The notes under the pieces were generated by a model. The model was not told the origin of the DNA. It did no database searches and saw only the letters and a list, made by a program, of their open reading frames with translations. A stretch of DNA of 64,000 bases from Candidatus Omnitrophota bacterium (GTDB lineage Bacteria; Omnitrophota; Gorgyraeia; Gygaellales; Profunditerraquicolaceae): positions 47,518 through 111,517 of the forward strand of contig JBEKHW010000002.1 in NCBI GenBank assembly GCA_050012075.1. Reading direction: 5' to 3'. This document shows, one piece after another, positions 59,694 through 64,000 of the stretch (positions are counted from its first letter, which is position 1; every line of letters begins with the position of its first letter). The translations under genes and the position numbers were made by a program.

Positions 59694-60635
59694 ATGAAAA
59701 TCATATTCTTTGGAAGCGATAAATTCGGAGTCCCGTCTTTAAAAGCGCTATCTTTAGCAGGCTATCATATTTCCTGCGTAGTTACCCAGCCGGACAGGCG
59801 TAAAGGCCGGGGTTTACATTTTGAAGGGACCCCCATTAAGGAAGCAGCCTTTGAGCTAGGGGTTAAGATTTTTCAACCCAGGGATGTTAATTCCAAAGAA
59901 TCATTAGAATACCTTAAAAAAATCGGCGCAGACCTTTTTATAATTATCGCTTATGGCCAGATTTTTTCTCAGGAAACATTGGATTTGCCGAGAATAATGC
60001 CGATAAACCTGCATGCCTCGCTTTTGCCGGCATACAGGGGGGCCGCCCCCATCAACTGGGCGATAATCCAAGGAGAAGGCAAAACTGGCGTAACGGTTGT
60101 CAAGGTTATTCGAAAAATGGATTCAGGACCGGTTATTTTGCAGGAGGAAGCGCCTATTATAAAGGAGGATTCGGTTATAACCCTCGAGGATAAATTAGCC
60201 CAGGTAGGCGCAAAGATCCTTATGGAAGCAATGGTGAAAATAAGTAATAAAAGTTATAAGCTGATCCAGCAGGATGAAAAGAAGGCTAGCCTTGCGCCAA
60301 AATTAAAGAAGTCCGATGGCGCGATCAATTGGGACAGTCCCCCAGAAGATATATATAATCTTATCAGGGGCTGTGCCGGCTGGCCCGGGGCATTCGCGTA
60401 TTACAACGGTAAATTATTAAAGATATATAAGGCAAAAATTAGTTCGCAAGTTCGCAAGTTCGCAAGTTCTAATCCCGGAGAAATCCTGGAAGCCTCCAAA
60501 GAAGGAATAGTTGTATTAACAGGGAAGGGTAACATTATCATAGAGGAATTGCAGATGGAAGGAAAGAGGATTATGAGCGCGGCCCAATTCTTAAGCGGGC
60601 ATAAAATATCCGCAGGCGAACGTTTCGGGACATAG
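59694..60635 (+). CDS. fmt: methionyl-tRNA formyltransferase
   Basis: MKIIFFGSDKFGVPSLKAL, HASLLPAYRGAAPI. Confidence 0.9.
   Translation: MKIIFFGSDKFGVPSLKALSLAGYHISCVVTQPDRRKGRGLHFEGTPIKEAAFELGVKIFQPRDVNSKESLEYLKKIGADLFIIIAYGQIFSQETLDLPRIMPINLHASLLPAYRGAAPINWAIIQGEGKTGVTVVKVIRKMDSGPVILQEEAPIIKEDSVITLEDKLAQVGAKILMEAMVKISNKSYKLIQQDEKKASLAPKLKKSDGAINWDSPPEDIYNLIRGCAGWPGAFAYYNGKLLKIYKAKISSQVRKFASSNPGEILEASKEGIVVLTGKGNIIIEELQMEGKRIMSAAQFLSGHKISAGERFGT
60441..60470 (+). repeat. in-frame 9-nt tandem repeat (AGTTCGCAA x3) inside fmt
   Basis: Direct reading of agttcgcaagttcgcaagttcgcaagttc. Encodes SSQVRKFASS. Confidence 0.6.
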
Positions 60636-60644
60636 ATTATACGT

Positions 60645-60778
60645 GCGGACTTATCCCACACCCAGCCAACAAACTTACATAGCTATGGTTATCTGGGTGT
60701 GCTAATTCACAGACGCTGATAGACAAGCAAATTACAGACGCTACAACCCCGAAGCTTCGGGGTTGTCTGTTCATTAAA
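60645..60778 (+). repeat. intergenic conserved element family A, copy 2
   Basis: Same conserved boxes as 25576-25745. Hairpins CACACCCAG/CTGGGTGTG and ACAACCCCGAAG/CTTCGGGGTTGT replace the copy-1 hairpins. Confidence 0.45.
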
Positions 60779-60785
60779 TTTTTAG

Positions 60786-60813
60786 TTGCATTTATGATTA
60801 GATATGCTACAAT
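60786..60813 (+). promoter_or_regulatory. sigma70-like promoter candidate upstream of the GalT-like pair
   Basis: TTGCAT, a 16-nt spacer, then TACAAT. Confidence 0.3.
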
Positions 60814-60887
60814 TTAGCTCTACAATCGGTACTTTGAAACAGGATTTTACTATGAATCATAAGCTATCAACTATGAACTAAACGAAA

Positions 60888-61913
60888 ATGCCAGAATTAA
60901 GAAAAGACCCTATTATCGGCAGGTGGGTAATTATAGCCACTGAGCGTTCAAAGCGGCCGGACCAGTTTTCTGGAGGCGACCAGAATGCGCCTGCAGAAAA
61001 AACCTGTCCTTTTTGTGAAGGTAGCGAGAAAGAGACCCCTCCTGAAATCTATGCCCTCCGTCCAAGGCATACAGCACCAAATACTCCTGGTTGGGAAATA
61101 AGGGTTGTCCCCAGCATTGCCCCGTTCTTGCGCATAGAGGGAGAACTGGAACGCAGGGGTAAAGGGCTATATGACCTGATGAACGGCATTGGCGCGCACG
61201 AAATTGTCATTGAGACCAACAAGCACACAGCCAATATGGCGGATTTAAGCGAAGAGCAGATTGTTAAGGTTATTGATACTTACATAGATAGAATAGTAGA
61301 TTTGGAAAAAGATGAACGCTTCAAGTATGTCTTGGTCTTTAAAAACTACGGCTGGACAGCCGGGGCCGGCAGGGTAAAACATTCACGCTCTCAGTTGATT
61401 GCCACGCCTGTTAATCCTAAACGCGTAAAGGAAGAATTATTAGGAGCCAGGACTTATTATGATTACCATGACCGCTGCGTATTCTGCGATTTAATCAGGC
61501 AGGAGTTGGCATCAAAGGAGCGTATCATATTGGATGTTGACGGCTTTGTAGCTATTACTCCTTTTGCGGCAAGATTTCCTTTTGAAGCATGGATTTTACC
61601 GAAAAAACATTCCTGTGATTTTACAAGCCTGGATACTCCAGGGAAACTTGGGTTAGCCACGACCATGAAAAAGGTTCTGGCAAAGCTGAAGAAAGGCCTG
61701 AATGACCCGCCTTACAACTATATTATCCATACCGCGCCTTTTAGAAGGGCAAAGGCAGGTTACTGGAAAAGTATTGATTATGATTATCACTGGCATATAG
61801 AGATAATGCCCCGCCTTACCCGCGTGGCAGGTTTTGAATGGGGGACTGGATTCTATATTTGCCCTTTACCCCCGGAAGACGCGGCTAAGTTTTTAAGAGA
61901 GGTTGAGGTTTAG
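60888..61913 (+). CDS. GalT-like (galactose-1-phosphate uridylyltransferase family) paralogue with HxRxQ in place of HxHxQ
   Basis: RWVIIATERS...CPFCEGSE Zn site. KHSRSQ aligns to the paralogue's EHPHTQ. C-terminal YHWHIE half-site present. Confidence 0.65.
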   Translation: MPELRKDPIIGRWVIIATERSKRPDQFSGGDQNAPAEKTCPFCEGSEKETPPEIYALRPRHTAPNTPGWEIRVVPSIAPFLRIEGELERRGKGLYDLMNGIGAHEIVIETNKHTANMADLSEEQIVKVIDTYIDRIVDLEKDERFKYVLVFKNYGWTAGAGRVKHSRSQLIATPVNPKRVKEELLGARTYYDYHDRCVFCDLIRQELASKERIILDVDGFVAITPFAARFPFEAWILPKKHSCDFTSLDTPGKLGLATTMKKVLAKLKKGLNDPPYNYIIHTAPFRRAKAGYWKSIDYDYHWHIEIMPRLTRVAGFEWGTGFYICPLPPEDAAKFLREVEV

Positions 61914-61915
61914 AG

Positions 61916-62917
61916 ATGTCTGAACTGCGCAAAGACCCCATCTGCGGAAGATGGGTGATAGTGGATACGGACCACCCGAATAAGCCGGAAGATTTTGAAT
62001 ACGAACCTCAGGCATATAAAGGCGGAGTGTGCCCTTTTTGTTACGGCAATGAAGCAATGACTCCTCCAGAAATAGAATCCATAAGGGACCCTTCTACCGG
62101 CCCTAATACCTCCGGTTGGCAGGTGCGCGTTGTCCCGAATAAATTTCCCGCCCTGCAGATTGAAGGGGATTTGGACAGGCGCGGGATAGGGATTTATGAT
62201 ATGTCCAGCGGCATCGGAGCGCATGAGGTCTTAATCGAGAATCCCTATCACCAGAAGGATATCCATGAGCTTCTGGATTCCGAGGTGGAGAATTTCTTGA
62301 GTATGTATTGCCGTAGGTCCCTAGACCTGGCAAAGGACAAGCGCTTTAAATATATAATGATTTTTAAGAATTTCGGCGCTGCTGCGGGCGCGTCTCTTGA
62401 GCATCCTCATACGCAACTTATTGCCCTGCCCATGATTCCTAAGAATGTATTGGATGAAATAAAGAGGGCGCACAGTTATTTTGAATTCCGCGAACGGTGT
62501 ATTTTTTGCGATATCGTCAGGCAGGAGCAGCAGGAGAAAGAAAGGATTATCCTTGAAAACGAGGATTTCCTGTCCTTTTGTCCTTTTGTTTCGCGTTTCC
62601 CTTTTGAAATATGGATCATACCAAAGAAACATAATGAGCATTTCTGCCGTATTTCCCAGAGTAATGAAATACCTGCCCTGGCGCGAATATTGAAAGCGAC
62701 CATCGCAGGATTAAAAGCCGTGTTTCCGAATCTTTCATACAATTTTATTATACACACGTCTCCTGTTAACGGGGATGGCGGAGTCGAAGGTTACCATTGG
62801 CATATTGAACTTATGCCTAAATTGACCCGCGTGGCAGGTTTTGAGTGGGGGACAGGATTCTATTTAGTACCCACCCCTCCGGAACTCGCAGCAAAATACC
62901 TGAGAGAAAAACAATAA
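61916..62917 (+). CDS. GalT-like nucleotidyltransferase with intact HPHTQ active-site motif
   Basis: RWVIVDTDHP...CPFCYGNE, FGAAAGASLEHPHTQLIALP, YHWHIE. Confidence 0.7.
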   Translation: MSELRKDPICGRWVIVDTDHPNKPEDFEYEPQAYKGGVCPFCYGNEAMTPPEIESIRDPSTGPNTSGWQVRVVPNKFPALQIEGDLDRRGIGIYDMSSGIGAHEVLIENPYHQKDIHELLDSEVENFLSMYCRRSLDLAKDKRFKYIMIFKNFGAAAGASLEHPHTQLIALPMIPKNVLDEIKRAHSYFEFRERCIFCDIVRQEQQEKERIILENEDFLSFCPFVSRFPFEIWIIPKKHNEHFCRISQSNEIPALARILKATIAGLKAVFPNLSYNFIIHTSPVNGDGGVEGYHWHIELMPKLTRVAGFEWGTGFYLVPTPPELAAKYLREKQ

Positions 62918-62996
62918 GTGAGCGCATAAGTTATGGAGATAGCGGTTTAAGTTAGTCAATCGACATAGCTTAGACCAGTTATAGCGGGCAAATTAA

Positions 62997-64000
<1,004 letters not shown>

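Noticed and set aside
60441-60470. Possible CRISPR-like repeat
   Set aside because: Only three contiguous 9-nt units with no spacers, lying in-frame inside fmt. It is a simple tandem repeat, not a CRISPR array. No CRISPR array or cas genes are present in the window.

Overview
This is an AT-rich, gene-dense stretch of bacterial chromosome. It is almost entirely plus-strand coding, with many 4-nt ATGA start/stop overlaps. All calls below come from motif-level reading of the six-frame ORF translations and the raw sequence; no database search was possible. Five blocks are visible in order along the window. (1) 23-6249: an unusual radical SAM (rSAM) cluster. It holds a B12-binding-domain rSAM, a divergent SPASM-type rSAM, a Cys-rich hypothetical, a GT4 glycosyltransferase fused to a SPASM-like rSAM domain, and a TPR-like protein. 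A degenerate ~160-bp duplicate of the 3' end of the SPASM gene lies next to it. (2) 6467-16755: a type IV pilus locus. Three prepilin-type pilin genes are interleaved with two large polytopic membrane proteins, one of which is a TMTC-like GT-C/TPR protein. pilMNOPQ follows, and a UbiA-like prenyltransferase sits on the minus strand. (3) 16816-28484: housekeeping genes. These are the DUF2344 protein, rng, rplU, obg, proB, proA, nadD, rpe, a phosphohexomutase, plsC, rpsA and tyrS. The rpmA gene (L27) is absent between rplU and obg. (4) 28706-57777: a large surface-glycan locus. It contains rmlA, an rmlD-like gene and rmlB, a SemiSWEET, and a carbamoyltransferase with two tiny downstream ORFs. 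It also contains an O-antigen-ligase-like protein and a CDP-3,6-dideoxyhexose module (rfbF, rfbG, rfbH/E1) with a ThDP enzyme, a TylCIII-like C-methyltransferase and a NeuB-like protein. The rest comprises GT2 and GT9 transferases, gmhB, an ArnB/ArnC-like pair and a GT28 MGDG-synthase-like protein. (5) 57740-64000: priA with degenerate Walker motifs, fmt, two tandem GalT-like paralogues (one lacking the nucleophilic His) and the 5' part of gap. Two families of conserved intergenic elements with compensatory hairpin changes stand out as candidate structured RNAs or regulatory sites. No CRISPR array, rRNA, tRNA or obvious mobile element was seen.
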